NCBI GenBank assembly: GCA_045632645.1
Contig: JAZQXC010000014.1
Location: 104,637 to 168,636 of the forward strand
Source of the DNA: Alphaproteobacteria bacterium
Lineage (GTDB): Bacteria > Pseudomonadota > Alphaproteobacteria > RF32 > CAG-239
Direction: 5' to 3'
Length of the DNA stretch: 64,000 nt
Shown one piece after another: positions 20,420 through 33,160 of this stretch. Position numbers and translations under genes: made by a program. Each line of letters starts with the position of its first letter. Position 1 is the stretch's first letter. The notes beneath the pieces are model-generated. The model was not told the DNA's origin. It did not search any database and saw only the letters and a list, made by a program, of their open reading frames with translations.

Positions 20420-21163
20420 TTAGTTTATATTGTTCAATGTGTTATCAGAAACACCCATATTTTCAACAATTTTATTAATAACAAGATCAATATCTTCTAG
20501 TTCTTGAGATTCAAGTAAATCAGCTTGTTGAACTTCGTCTGTTAAAGATATGCGTTTAAATTTACCAAAATATTCAGGATTATTTGTGCTAACAAATTGG
20601 AATAAACCTGTGCAATCTTTATTATCTTGGTTAATTCCCATCTCTGCAACAGCTGCACTTCTTGCAATTTCACAAGGTGTAACAGAGTATGTGGCGTCAT
20701 TAAGCATTAAATAGCATTTTGCGCTATCAATATGAGAGCGTACAGAAATTTGTTTATCAGCACCAAAAGCATTCACTGTCACTGTTGTTGAGAGAGGTTT
20801 ATCAGCAACATCGTCTTTCATTACATCTTTAAATTTTTCTAAATCTTCTGGTGGAACAACTGCCTCAACATATTTACTAAACTTAAATTGTTCATCAACA
20901 GGGTCATTCCAATCAAGATTGACTGTAAAGTTTCTAAAGTTAATAGAAGTTCTATTATAAAGAGTAAGTGTAAAATCACATCCTGTCACAACCCCTTCTT
21001 CAGAAATAGGGTTAATATTATGAACTTTAAATATCACGGCATCAGAACGAGTTGTTGGCTCTTTTTCAGGAGTTGCTTTGTTTTGTGCAGCAAATACAGA
21101 ACAAGGTAATACAAGCGATGCCCCAAGCATAATTAATGCACATTTTTTTATAGTTTTCATCAT
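20420..21163 (-). CDS. hypothetical secreted protein (signal peptide)
   Basis: MMKTIKKCALIMLGASLVLPCSVFAAQN signal; several Cys; no known domain recognised. Confidence 0.4.
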   Translation of the reverse strand: MMKTIKKCALIMLGASLVLPCSVFAAQNKATPEKEPTTRSDAVIFKVHNINPISEEGVVTGCDFTLTLYNRTSINFRNFTVNLDWNDPVDEQFKFSKYVEAVVPPEDLEKFKDVMKDDVADKPLSTTVTVNAFGADKQISVRSHIDSAKCYLMLNDATYSVTPCEIARSAAVAEMGINQDNKDCTGLFQFVSTNNPEYFGKFKRISLTDEVQQADLLESQELEDIDLVINKIVENMGVSDNTLNNIN

Positions 21164-21266
21164 ATCAAAACCTCACGATAACTTTCATTTTATCGTAATA
21201 TAACAGAGAGATTGTTTAATTTTTCTTAATTTAAAAAACAAAAATAACCAAATTTAAAAAAATATT

Positions 21267-22076
21267 TTATTTATTTTCATCAATTTTTTTCTTTAATCTC
21301 AATAAGTCAATCCATGCTTTAGATTTTTGTGAAGAGCTACGTAACAAATAAGAAGGATGAAATGTAGCCAATACATCAACCTTATTACCATCAATCAGCT
21401 CATATTCTAGCCACTTTCCTCTCGCTCTTGATATAGAATCAGTTGTGTCTATAACAGATTTTAAAGCAATACCACCCAAAAGAAGAATGTATTTTGGTTT
21501 AATAAGTTCGATTTGTCTTTTTAAAAATGGTAAACAAATAGCTAGTTCATCATCAGTTGGAGCTCGATTCCCAGGAGGTCTCCATGGTAAAATATTTGTT
21601 ATATAACAATCAGTTCTTTCTAGTCCAATAGCTTCAAGCATTTTATCTAAAAGTTTTCCGCATCTACCCACAAAAGGTTTTCCGATTCTATCCTCATCTG
21701 CCCCAGGGGCTTCACCAATCAACATAATATCTGCATTTTTATTTCCATCGCCCAAAATTGTAGATGCAGCATTATTTTTTAAGTTACAACCATCAAATTT
21801 TAATAAAATTTCCAATAACTCGTCAATGCTTTGCGCCTTATCACAAACATCTTTTGCATTTTTAGATGCATTAGACTGTATAATATTTTTCGCATTAATA
21901 TTTGTAGGCTGATAAGCTTTGGGCTGTGCTTGAATAGGCGCCTTTTCTTTTTCAATAATATTTTCATTAACAAGGCACACTTCATCGCCACAGGTCTCTG
22001 TGACACCTGCAAAAATATACCAATCTAATAGTTCTTTTATGTCAATTTGTTTATTCATTACTATCAGTTTATACAT
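21267..22076 (-). CDS. uracil-DNA glycosylase, family 4 (with N-terminal extension)
   Basis: GEAPGADEDRIGKPFVGRCGKLLDKML matches the family-4 UDG motif GEAPG..E...G.PFVG..G.LL. Confidence 0.8.
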   Translation of the reverse strand: MYKLIVMNKQIDIKELLDWYIFAGVTETCGDEVCLVNENIIEKEKAPIQAQPKAYQPTNINAKNIIQSNASKNAKDVCDKAQSIDELLEILLKFDGCNLKNNAASTILGDGNKNADIMLIGEAPGADEDRIGKPFVGRCGKLLDKMLEAIGLERTDCYITNILPWRPPGNRAPTDDELAICLPFLKRQIELIKPKYILLLGGIALKSVIDTTDSISRARGKWLEYELIDGNKVDVLATFHPSYLLRSSSQKSKAWIDLLRLKKKIDENK

Positions 22077-22190
22077 ATTACACTTTTTATTGCAATATAA
22101 AGCAATTATTTACACATATATAATATAATTAGTTTAAAGTTAAGCAAAATTTGATAAAACAAACCAAATTATGTAGGAAATTTATAAAAC

Positions 22191-23975
22191 ATGCTAAAAA
22201 TAGGGTATATAATAACATTATTAAGTGGTATAGGTCTTTTTAACTCATGTACGAGCACCTTTTTACACATACCAGAAGTACAAAATAAATTTATATATAT
22301 GGAACGAAAAGATAGTTTATATGGTAACTATCTAGCAGGAAGAGTGGCTCACTTAAGAAGAGATTATGACAACGCCTCTAAATATTATGTAAAAACCCTA
22401 GAAAAAGGTCTAGTAAACCAAGATATATTAGGCAAAACCTACGCTCTACTTGCCTCGAAAGGAGACATAGAAAATGCAGTAAAATATGCAAACAAGGCTC
22501 GCCAAAAAGAAGATAATGACAGTTTTATAGATATTTTAAATGCAGTTTATGAGTTTAAAAAAGGAAATTATGGTTTTGCTCGTAGCATACTTGCTAATGT
22601 AAATGAAAAAACATACAAAAAACTAATAACCCCACTTTTTAATGCATGGGCATACGCTGGAGATAATAAGTATAATGAAGCAATAAAAGCTTTAGATATA
22701 TTAAATAACAATGAAACAATTACCGTATATAATCTACATGCAGGTTTAATCTCAGAATATTTTGATTATACAGATAAGGCAGAAAAATATTACGACTATA
22801 TTATAAAAAATAATTCAAACGATATTTCTTTTAGAGCATTGCAAATTATCTCAAACTTTATGGTAAGAAATAATAAAAAAGATGATGCTATTGCTCTAAT
22901 AAATAAATATTATGGAGCCACCAACCTAAAAGAAATGCTCACAAGCCTAAACAAAAAAGTAAAACAGAGCAGAATATCTACATCAAAATTAGTAAAAACT
23001 CCAGAAATGGGTGCAGGTGAAGTGTTTTTAGAAATAGCGTTGCTGTTCAAATCAATTCCATCCGGCAGTGAATATGCACAAATACACATGTCGTTTTCAG
23101 AATATTTTAATCCAAACAATGATGTCACCAAAATTGCAATGGCAGATATTTTTGAAGAAAGACACATGTACAAAGAAGCAAACAAATACTACGATTCTAT
23201 CAAAAAAGATTCCGAGATGTACTATCCTGCTCAAATAAAAAAATCAAACAATCTAATGGCAATAGAAAAATATGACGAAGCAACAAAAGTTTTGAAGAAT
23301 TTATTAAAACAAAATCCAAATAATTTTCAAATTCTTTTCAATTTAGGTGATGCTTTACGAATTAGCGACAACCAAGAAGAGGCAATAAAATATTACAATG
23401 CCGCAATCGATTCTATTTTTTATGAAAGCGAAAAATATTGGCCTGTTTTTTATGCCTTAGCAATATCATATGATAAAAGCAATAATTGGATTAAAGCAGA
23501 AGAGAGCCTAGAAAAAGCTCTTAAATTAAGCAATCGTCACCCACAAGTATTAAATTATCTTGGATATAGTTGGCTAAAAAATAATACAAATATAGATAAA
23601 GCAGCAGCTCTTATTGTTGAGGCTTTTGAAAAAGAGCCTAATGACGGTGTAATAATGGATAGCCTTGGTTGGGTTTATTTTAGAACCGGAGATTATCAAA
23701 ATGCAATTACGTACCTAGAAAAAGCATCGGAATTGAATCCTAGAAACGCCATAATTAGTGATCATCTTGGCGATGCTTATTGGCTTGGTGGTAGAAAAAA
23801 TGAAGCAATTTTCCTCTGGAAGCAAGCTTTAACACAAAAAGAAGATAGTCAAGAAATAAACAAAAAGAAAATAAAGCACAAAATAAAGAATGGAATTAAG
23901 AACCCCAATATCCATTCTTTAAAAGATGAGAAATTAAAAGAAAGCTTGTTACAAATAAATAATGTTACTCAGTAG
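22191..23975 (+). CDS. TPR-repeat (lipo)protein
   Basis: signal peptide with Cys near the cleavage site; multiple 34-residue TPR-like repeats (AIKYYNAAI, ALKLSNRHPQVLNYLGYSW, AITYLEKASELNPRNA). Confidence 0.6.
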   Translation: MLKIGYIITLLSGIGLFNSCTSTFLHIPEVQNKFIYMERKDSLYGNYLAGRVAHLRRDYDNASKYYVKTLEKGLVNQDILGKTYALLASKGDIENAVKYANKARQKEDNDSFIDILNAVYEFKKGNYGFARSILANVNEKTYKKLITPLFNAWAYAGDNKYNEAIKALDILNNNETITVYNLHAGLISEYFDYTDKAEKYYDYIIKNNSNDISFRALQIISNFMVRNNKKDDAIALINKYYGATNLKEMLTSLNKKVKQSRISTSKLVKTPEMGAGEVFLEIALLFKSIPSGSEYAQIHMSFSEYFNPNNDVTKIAMADIFEERHMYKEANKYYDSIKKDSEMYYPAQIKKSNNLMAIEKYDEATKVLKNLLKQNPNNFQILFNLGDALRISDNQEEAIKYYNAAIDSIFYESEKYWPVFYALAISYDKSNNWIKAEESLEKALKLSNRHPQVLNYLGYSWLKNNTNIDKAAALIVEAFEKEPNDGVIMDSLGWVYFRTGDYQNAITYLEKASELNPRNAIISDHLGDAYWLGGRKNEAIFLWKQALTQKEDSQEINKKKIKHKIKNGIKNPNIHSLKDEKLKESLLQINNVTQ

Positions 23976-23979
23976 GTTA

Positions 23980-25329
23980 TTACTTTTTGTATTTCAACAC
24001 TAGTTCTTTCAAGTTTTGAGAAAGTTTTTCAACAAGGGAACTATCTGTTCCCTCGATTCTAAGTTTAATAACAGGCTCTGTTCCAGATTTTCTTGCGATT
24101 ACATTGCTGTTTTCACCAAGAAGTTGTTTTGCTTTTGCAAGGGCTTCTTTTACATCATCATATTCAACGCTTTGTTGCATATACTCTTTGCAAGAAAATC
24201 TAATATTTTCAACAATGCAAGGGTAAGGATTAAAAATAGGGAATATTTCACTCATCTCTTTTTTAGCTTCTAAATATGCAAGCGAAATTACAACAGCTGT
24301 TGCAGCTGCATCGCCACTTTTTGCATAGTCAAATAAAACAATATGCCCCACTAATTCTCCACCAAGAGAAGCATTCTTTTCCCTCATTAGGTCAATAACA
24401 TATCTTTCGCCAACCTTACTTTTGAAATATTTAAAGCCATTCTTTTCTAAATATTCCCCAAGTCCAAGGTTGGACCATTCAGTGCTTATTACAGTATTAT
24501 TAGAAAGCTTTTGTTGTTTTTTAAGATATGTTGCTAAAAAGGCTAATAATTGGTCTCCATCAATAACATTACCATTATTATCAACCAAAATCACTCTATC
24601 GCCATCACCATCAACTGCAACACCAAAATTCGCCTTTGCATCTTTAACGGTTTCTGCTAATTGGTTGGTATCCTGAGAGCCACAATTTTTATTAATATTA
24701 TATCCATCAGGTTTATTATTAATAGCAATAACACCTGCACCTAAATCCTTAAATAATTGAGGTAAAATATAAAAATAAGCACCATTAGCACAATCTAATA
24801 CCACTTTTAACCCTTGTAGTGCTTTATAGTTGGGTGCAATTTCCCTTAATAGAGCGATGTATTCTTCTATTGCCGATTCGTTTTTTATAATTTTTCCAAT
24901 TTTTTCAGGATTCTTTTCTGATCTGATATGGTTTTCTATTCTTTTTTCAACTTCTTCATAAAATTTATCATCAAACTTGTTGCCATTTGCATCTATTAAT
25001 TTTAATCCATTATCAGAATAAGGATTGTGTGAAGCAGTAATCATAACCGAAAGGTCAACATCTAAAGATGCTGTTTTTAATGTAACAAGAGGAGTTGGAA
25101 CAACGCCCAGCAAAATAACATCAATGCCATTCGCCATAAACTCAGCACATAGTGCTGCTTCAAGCATTTCGCCAGAAATTCTAGTGTCTCTACCAATTGC
25201 AACCCTTTTCTTATCTTTGCACTGAAGTTCGCTTAAAACATCTGCTAATTTACTAGCAAAAACCACATCCATGGGGTACACATTTGCCACCCCTCTAACT
25301 CCATCTGTTCCAAATAGTTTATTAGTCAT
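23980..25329 (-). CDS. glmM: phosphoglucosamine mutase
   Basis: phosphoserine loop TASHNPYSDNGLK, GVAVDGDGDR metal-binding motif; 449 aa. Confidence 0.85.
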   Translation of the reverse strand: MTNKLFGTDGVRGVANVYPMDVVFASKLADVLSELQCKDKKRVAIGRDTRISGEMLEAALCAEFMANGIDVILLGVVPTPLVTLKTASLDVDLSVMITASHNPYSDNGLKLIDANGNKFDDKFYEEVEKRIENHIRSEKNPEKIGKIIKNESAIEEYIALLREIAPNYKALQGLKVVLDCANGAYFYILPQLFKDLGAGVIAINNKPDGYNINKNCGSQDTNQLAETVKDAKANFGVAVDGDGDRVILVDNNGNVIDGDQLLAFLATYLKKQQKLSNNTVISTEWSNLGLGEYLEKNGFKYFKSKVGERYVIDLMREKNASLGGELVGHIVLFDYAKSGDAAATAVVISLAYLEAKKEMSEIFPIFNPYPCIVENIRFSCKEYMQQSVEYDDVKEALAKAKQLLGENSNVIARKSGTEPVIKLRIEGTDSSLVEKLSQNLKELVLKYKK

Positions 25330-25427
25330 AAAAAAAGAGCTCCCAAAATCTGTTATATTTTTTTATCTAAGCTAAAGCTATAAAACAGATATTGCAAGCT
25401 CTATATCAATATTTTGGGTTTGTTTTT

Positions 25428-26039
25428 TTATAAAACGTATCTTAAGCCCATATAAACTTCGTGGTCAGTTGTTTCTGTTTTACCATTCAATGTGTCTAAA
25501 TCGCCCATATCAAAATATCTATAACCAACATCCATATTTAAGCGATTTGTAATTTTTGCAGAAATACCAGCACCAAGAGACCAAGTAAAGTTATCACCTT
25601 TAACTTTGTACTTAGCGCCAACAACAGGAATAGCAATATTTAATCTGTTGTTAGAATATCCGATACCTGCATTAATAAATGGTGTAAACCATGTATAAGG
25701 GAAAAAGTCATAGTAAACAACAAACATATATGATTGAGATTTAAAAGACACATCAGTTACGCCTCCAAGGTTTTTGCTGTTCTTTTTTCTCCAAATATAT
25801 TCAAGTTCAGCTCTCCAATGTTCATGACGATAACCAATTGCACCACTAGCAACTAATCTTTTTTTACTAATAACGCCATCATTTTCATAACCATCAACGT
25901 TGCCCCTAGCTTCTTCTTGTTCAATTTTTGCTTGTCCAAGACGACCAGCTAAATAAAAACCATCACATTCAGCAAAAGAATTATCTGCGCTAAAAACAAA
26001 ACAAAGCGCAAAAACTGCTAAAAATATTTTTTTTGTCAT
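25428..26039 (-). CDS. small outer-membrane beta-barrel protein (OmpA-like/Opa-like barrel family)
   Basis: signal peptide, alternating aromatic/Gly-rich strands, C-terminal aromatic-rich strand; 203 aa. Confidence 0.5.
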   Translation of the reverse strand: MTKKIFLAVFALCFVFSADNSFAECDGFYLAGRLGQAKIEQEEARGNVDGYENDGVISKKRLVASGAIGYRHEHWRAELEYIWRKKNSKNLGGVTDVSFKSQSYMFVVYYDFFPYTWFTPFINAGIGYSNNRLNIAIPVVGAKYKVKGDNFTWSLGAGISAKITNRLNMDVGYRYFDMGDLDTLNGKTETTDHEVYMGLRYVL

Positions 26040-26191
26040 AAGTGAAACTCCGATTTTAAAATGTTTTTATTTTATTTTTGGACAAAATATCATAAATTTT
26101 CAATAAATCAAGTAAAAAATTAATAAAAAGTTAAAATTTTATGTAGCACTTAAATATATTGATTTTTTTTATATATATGATAAACAAAAAA

Positions 26192-26558
26192 TACGGTGGT
26201 CGGGTAGCTGCGCTATTTTTATAGTGAGGAAAGTCCGAGCGTCATGGAAACAAGGCACCGGATAACGTCCGGCTAGAGAAATCTAAGGGAAAGTGCCACA
26301 GAAAGTTACCGCCAGGCATAGTTTGGTAAGGTTGAAAAGGCGAGGTAAGAGCTCACCGCAAAGGTAGTAATATCTTTTGGCAAGGTAAACCCTGTCTGAC
26401 GCAAGACCAAGTTAGGAGGCGACGTTTGTCGTATTATAGAGCGTTTCCACTCTACTCCAGAGGTAGGTCGCTCGAACCAAGTGGCAACATTTGGTCCAGA
26501 TGAATAGCTACCGCTTTAAGCTTGCTTAAAGTACATAACTCGGCTTATAGACCACCTA
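26192..26558 (+). ncRNA. rnpB: RNase P RNA (bacterial type A)
   Basis: universally conserved GGAAAGUCCG.GC (P4 5' strand) at 26228-26240; ACAGAAAGUUACCGCC; 3' AACUCGGCUUAUAGACCACC pairing with 5' GGUGGUCGGG (P1); markedly higher GC than the surroundings. Confidence 0.85.
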
Positions 26559-26568
26559 ATAGTTTTTT

Positions 26569-27435
26569 ATGGAGATAAATATGCTAAACCAACATACGCT
26601 AAAAGAGGCTATAACAATAAAAGGAATAGGATTACATTCGGGGCAAGATGTTACCTTAATAATAAAGTCTGCTCCTCAGAATAGTGGTATAACATTCAAA
26701 AGAACAGATATACCAAATTCTTTACCAATTAATGCCTTGTATAAAAATGTGATAGATACAAGAAACTGCACATGTATTGGCTTAGATAAAGAAAATTTCG
26801 TTAGCACAATAGAGCACTTGATGGCTGTTTTATATAGTCTTGGTATAGATAATGCTTTTATAGAAATAAACGGTGCAGAAACACCAATCTTAGATGGTAG
26901 TGGCTTGGTTTTTTTAGAAGAGCTTCAAGATATAGAATTGATAGAGCAAGATTCTCCTCGCAAGTTTTTAAAACTAAAAAAAGAAATAACATATAAAGAC
27001 GAGCAAGGTTGTTCTATAACAATGTCACCTTCTGAGGCTTTTGAAATATGTTTTGATATAGATTTTCCTTCTCCAATAGTGGGTCATCAAAATTTTTCAT
27101 CAGAAATCACAGCTGATATATTTAAAAACAAAATAGCAATGTGTCGTACATTTTGTGAAAAGTATCAAGTTGATTACTTAAAATCCATCGGGTTAATAAA
27201 AGGTGGTTCACTTGATAATGCGGTGGTTCTTGATAATGATAAAATCTTAAATCCATCGGGGTTTAGAGTTCCAACAGAGTGCGTAAATCACAAAGTGCTA
27301 GATACAATAGGTGACTTATACACTTCTGGCTACCATATTTTAGCTAAAGTAGTTGCTAATAAAACCGGACATCGTCATAATAACGAAATACTAAAAGTTC
27401 TATTTAGTTCAACTGATAATTATGAATTGATATAA
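26569..27435 (+). CDS. lpxC: UDP-3-O-acyl-N-acetylglucosamine deacetylase (start may be the downstream MLNQ Met at 26581)
   Basis: STIEHLMAVLYSLGIDN, ILDGSG, HKVLD motifs. Confidence 0.9.
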   Translation: MEINMLNQHTLKEAITIKGIGLHSGQDVTLIIKSAPQNSGITFKRTDIPNSLPINALYKNVIDTRNCTCIGLDKENFVSTIEHLMAVLYSLGIDNAFIEINGAETPILDGSGLVFLEELQDIELIEQDSPRKFLKLKKEITYKDEQGCSITMSPSEAFEICFDIDFPSPIVGHQNFSSEITADIFKNKIAMCRTFCEKYQVDYLKSIGLIKGGSLDNAVVLDNDKILNPSGFRVPTECVNHKVLDTIGDLYTSGYHILAKVVANKTGHRHNNEILKVLFSSTDNYELI

Positions 27436-27453
27436 TCTTCTAAGGAGGGCAAA

Positions 27454-28206
27454 TTGAAAAAGTTATTTACCATAATACAATGTACTTTTTTATTATTTTT
27501 ATCTGCATGTGCAAATACAGGCGAACCAGTTGTAAATGATGAAGATAAAACAGCAGAAATGTTGTATAATGAAGGTTATGATTATCTAGAAAAAACATCT
27601 TATCAAAAAGCTGCAGAAACATTTGATAAAATAGAACTAGAACACCCTTATTCAAAATGGGCAACCAGGTCCAAACTCATGAGTGCATATTCATATTATA
27701 AAGGTGAAAAATACGATGATGCAATAATGACACTAGATAGATTTATAAGATTGCACCCAGGGAACAAGGATATTGCTTATGCATACTACCTAAAAGGTGT
27801 TTGTTTTTATGATCAAATAGTATCATCAGAAAAAGAGCAATCTTCAACAAACGATGCTTATGAAACATTTATGCAAGTAATAACTCTTTTCCCAGCATCA
27901 GAGTATGCAAAAGATGCAAAAAGCAAAATGGCACTAATAGAAGACCACCTTGCAGGTCACGAAATGTCAGTTGGAAGATACTACCTAGAAAACAAAGAAT
28001 ATATGTCTGCCTTAAATAGATTCTCAACAGTAACAGATGTATACCAAACAACCGCACAAATAGAAGAAGCCCTATATAGAGAAGTAGAGATATATACAAT
28101 ACTAGGTTTAACAAAAGAAGCCGAAAAGAAAGAGCGCATTTTAACCTCTAACTACCCTGAAAGCAAATGGGCAAAAAGAGCTCAAAAACTAATAAAAAAG
28201 GACTAA
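27454..28206 (+). CDS. bamD: outer membrane protein assembly factor BamD (YfiO/ComL lipoprotein)
   Basis: lipoprotein signal (LFLSAC), TPR-like repeats, position between lpxC and recN as in many alphaproteobacteria. Confidence 0.75.
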   Translation: MKKLFTIIQCTFLLFLSACANTGEPVVNDEDKTAEMLYNEGYDYLEKTSYQKAAETFDKIELEHPYSKWATRSKLMSAYSYYKGEKYDDAIMTLDRFIRLHPGNKDIAYAYYLKGVCFYDQIVSSEKEQSSTNDAYETFMQVITLFPASEYAKDAKSKMALIEDHLAGHEMSVGRYYLENKEYMSALNRFSTVTDVYQTTAQIEEALYREVEIYTILGLTKEAEKKERILTSNYPESKWAKRAQKLIKKD

Positions 28207-28214
28207 AAATATAA

Positions 28215-29897
28215 ATGCTAAAATCTTTATCTATAAGAAATGTAGTATTAATAGAAAGCTTAGATATAGATTTCTCTAAAGGATTAACTGTTTTGAGTGG
28301 TGAAACAGGTGCTGGTAAATCTATACTTCTAGATTCGCTAGGCCTTTTACTTGGCAATCGCTCAGAAACGTCTTTAATAAGAACAGGGGCAGATAAACTA
28401 ACTGTTACCGGTATTTTTGAAACAAATAAAAATAACAATATATATAAATTGGCAGAAACATACGATTTAGACATCGATGATGAGATTATTATAAAACGAG
28501 TAATCAGCAACGATGGCAAAAGTAAGATATTTTTTAACGACCAACCAATAACCCTAAAGCTACTAAAAGAATTAAGCTCAAATCTTATAGAAATTCACGG
28601 TCAACATGATAATCAAGGTCTTCTAAATCCAGAACTACATTGTGGTATATTAGATACATATGCCAAACACGATTCTCTTATCAATAATCTAAAAGATATT
28701 CATAAAAAACTCAAAACAACTCAAAAGGAGCTAAAAGCCAAAGAAGAAGAGCTAGAAAAAATCAAGCAAGATGAAGAGAACATAGCCCATTGGATAAAAG
28801 AATTAGAAAAAGCATCTGTAAAAAAAGGAGAAGAAGAAGAGCTTAAAATAAGGCGCCTAGAACTAATGAATGCAGAAAAAATTATCGAAAAATTAAACAC
28901 TGCATATTCAAATCTAAATGGTTCAATATCAGTTGTTGAGCAAATAACCAAAGCAAGAAATGCCATTTCTAAGGCTAATGAACTTGTAAATGGTAAATAT
29001 TCTAATATAGAAGAAGTTTTAGAAAACTCTCTATACAGCCTAAATGATATAATTTCAGAAATAGAAAATAGTTCATCAGATATTTCGCTTAGTCAAAACG
29101 AAATAGACAACATAGAAACACGCTTATTTTTGCTAAAAGACTTAGCAAAAAAACATCATACAGAAATAGATTCTCTACCTGATAAATTAGAAGAATTAAT
29201 AACAAACTTAAATAATATCCAATACAAAGAAGAGCATCTAGACGAGCTAAAAGATGAACTAAAAAAACTTAAACAAGAATATATACAAATTGCAACAGAA
29301 TTAAATTTATCTCGTCAAACATCAGCCAATAAACTAGATAAAAATATAGCCAAAGAACTACCATCATTAAAAATGGAAAAAGCAAAATTTAAAACCAATA
29401 TAATAGCTCAAGATGAAACAAATTGGGGAGAAAACGGTTGGGATAAAGTATGCTTTGAGGTATCAACAAACCCCAACACTCCATTCGGACCTCTCAACAA
29501 AATTGCCTCAGGGGGTGAGTTATCTCGCTTTATGCTAGCTCTAAAGGTGAATCTAATGCAAAATATTCACCAAGAAACACTAATCTTTGATGAAATAGAT
29601 ACAGGAATTGGTGGTGCAACAGCTGAAGCTGTTGGCGAGCGTCTTTCTCGCCTTTCAAAGTATGGTCAAATTTTTATAGTAACACACTCTCCGCAAGTTG
29701 CATCATTTGGCGATGACCATTTTAAAGTAGAAAAAATAACAAAAGATAATATAACAACCACACATCTAACAAAACTCGATGCAACTGGCAAAACAGAAGA
29801 AATAGCAAGAATGTTGGCAGGAGAAGTTATTACAAACGAAGCACGAGCTGCTGCAAAAGTCCTTATAAACAAAAATACTTCCGATACATTGTTTTAA
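28215..29897 (+). CDS. recN: DNA repair protein RecN
   Basis: N-terminal Walker A GETGAGKSIL, long coiled coil, C-terminal GGELSRFMLAL signature and IFDEIDTGIGG Walker B. Confidence 0.9.
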   Translation: MLKSLSIRNVVLIESLDIDFSKGLTVLSGETGAGKSILLDSLGLLLGNRSETSLIRTGADKLTVTGIFETNKNNNIYKLAETYDLDIDDEIIIKRVISNDGKSKIFFNDQPITLKLLKELSSNLIEIHGQHDNQGLLNPELHCGILDTYAKHDSLINNLKDIHKKLKTTQKELKAKEEELEKIKQDEENIAHWIKELEKASVKKGEEEELKIRRLELMNAEKIIEKLNTAYSNLNGSISVVEQITKARNAISKANELVNGKYSNIEEVLENSLYSLNDIISEIENSSSDISLSQNEIDNIETRLFLLKDLAKKHHTEIDSLPDKLEELITNLNNIQYKEEHLDELKDELKKLKQEYIQIATELNLSRQTSANKLDKNIAKELPSLKMEKAKFKTNIIAQDETNWGENGWDKVCFEVSTNPNTPFGPLNKIASGGELSRFMLALKVNLMQNIHQETLIFDEIDTGIGGATAEAVGERLSRLSKYGQIFIVTHSPQVASFGDDHFKVEKITKDNITTTHLTKLDATGKTEEIARMLAGEVITNEARAAAKVLINKNTSDTLF

Positions 29898-29913
29898 TAA
29901 ATAATTTAATTTA

Positions 29914-30869
29914 TTACAAATTTCTCTTTCTTCTTTTTAACCTAGATAATTTATAACTAACAACAGATGTATCTCTTCCTGTTTTTGCAAGCCTATCATA
30001 CATGCGCTCAATTTCTTTTTCCAAATAAGCTGTTTCAATGTCATTATCAAGTGCAGATTTTTCATCATCATCGCCAAAAGCTCTTATAGCGCAAACATCT
30101 CTTACGATATCAACAATATCAAGTTTTGTTTCTTCTCGGCGTTTAATAAAGTAAGGCAATTCATAAACAAGCTGTCTTGCATTTGCATATACCTTATCTT
30201 TATCGTCATTACATTTTCCATACTTAGATTTTAATAACTCAAATGCAACCTCAAGCTCAAACTCATTATCCACAACAATAAACGGAACAGGGTCTGCAAA
30301 ACCTTTAAGTGCCATAGATTTCAAATATTCAAGCAAGTGGTGAAAAAAGCCATTGATGTTGTATAAAATAAAAGGTTTCTTTTGTAACAAACCATCTTGC
30401 ATTGCAACACAATCGTATGCTAATTCATCAAGGGTTCCAACTCCACCAGGGGCAAATACAACAAAGTCAGCATCTAAAAGTCGCTGTTTTCTTTCCTCAA
30501 GAGTCCTTGCAAAAATAACATCAATATGCTTAATCATTTCATCATTTGAATCATATAACTTAAAGTACTCTTCTGTTGTAATTCCAATAATAGGTAGGTT
30601 TTTATCAGGGCAATTATTTTTCTCATTCCATGCGTCCATAACCCCTTTTGCAACAGCTCCCATAATACCAGAATTAGATAAACCAAAGTCGAGTTTAAAT
30701 CCCATCTTCACAATGGCTTTTCCAAGGTTATATGTTTCTTTTACATAAATAGGATTATTTCCAGCTCTAGAGCCACCAGCCACAAAAACACGAATACCAT
30801 CTTTTTCGTTTTCTCTAATAAAATCAGATAGTAGGTTTTCTTGTGTTTTACAAACTTTCTTCTTAGCCA

Positions 30870-30870
<1 letters not shown>
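29914..30870 (-). CDS. LOG-family (TIGR00730, lysine-decarboxylase-like) nucleotide phosphoribohydrolase with ~100-aa C-terminal extension
   Basis: GGGSRAGNNPIY and PGGVGTLDELAYDC motifs of the LOG family; basic tail KRRKRNL. Confidence 0.65.
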
Positions 30871-33159
<2,289 letters not shown>

Positions 33160-33160
33160 A

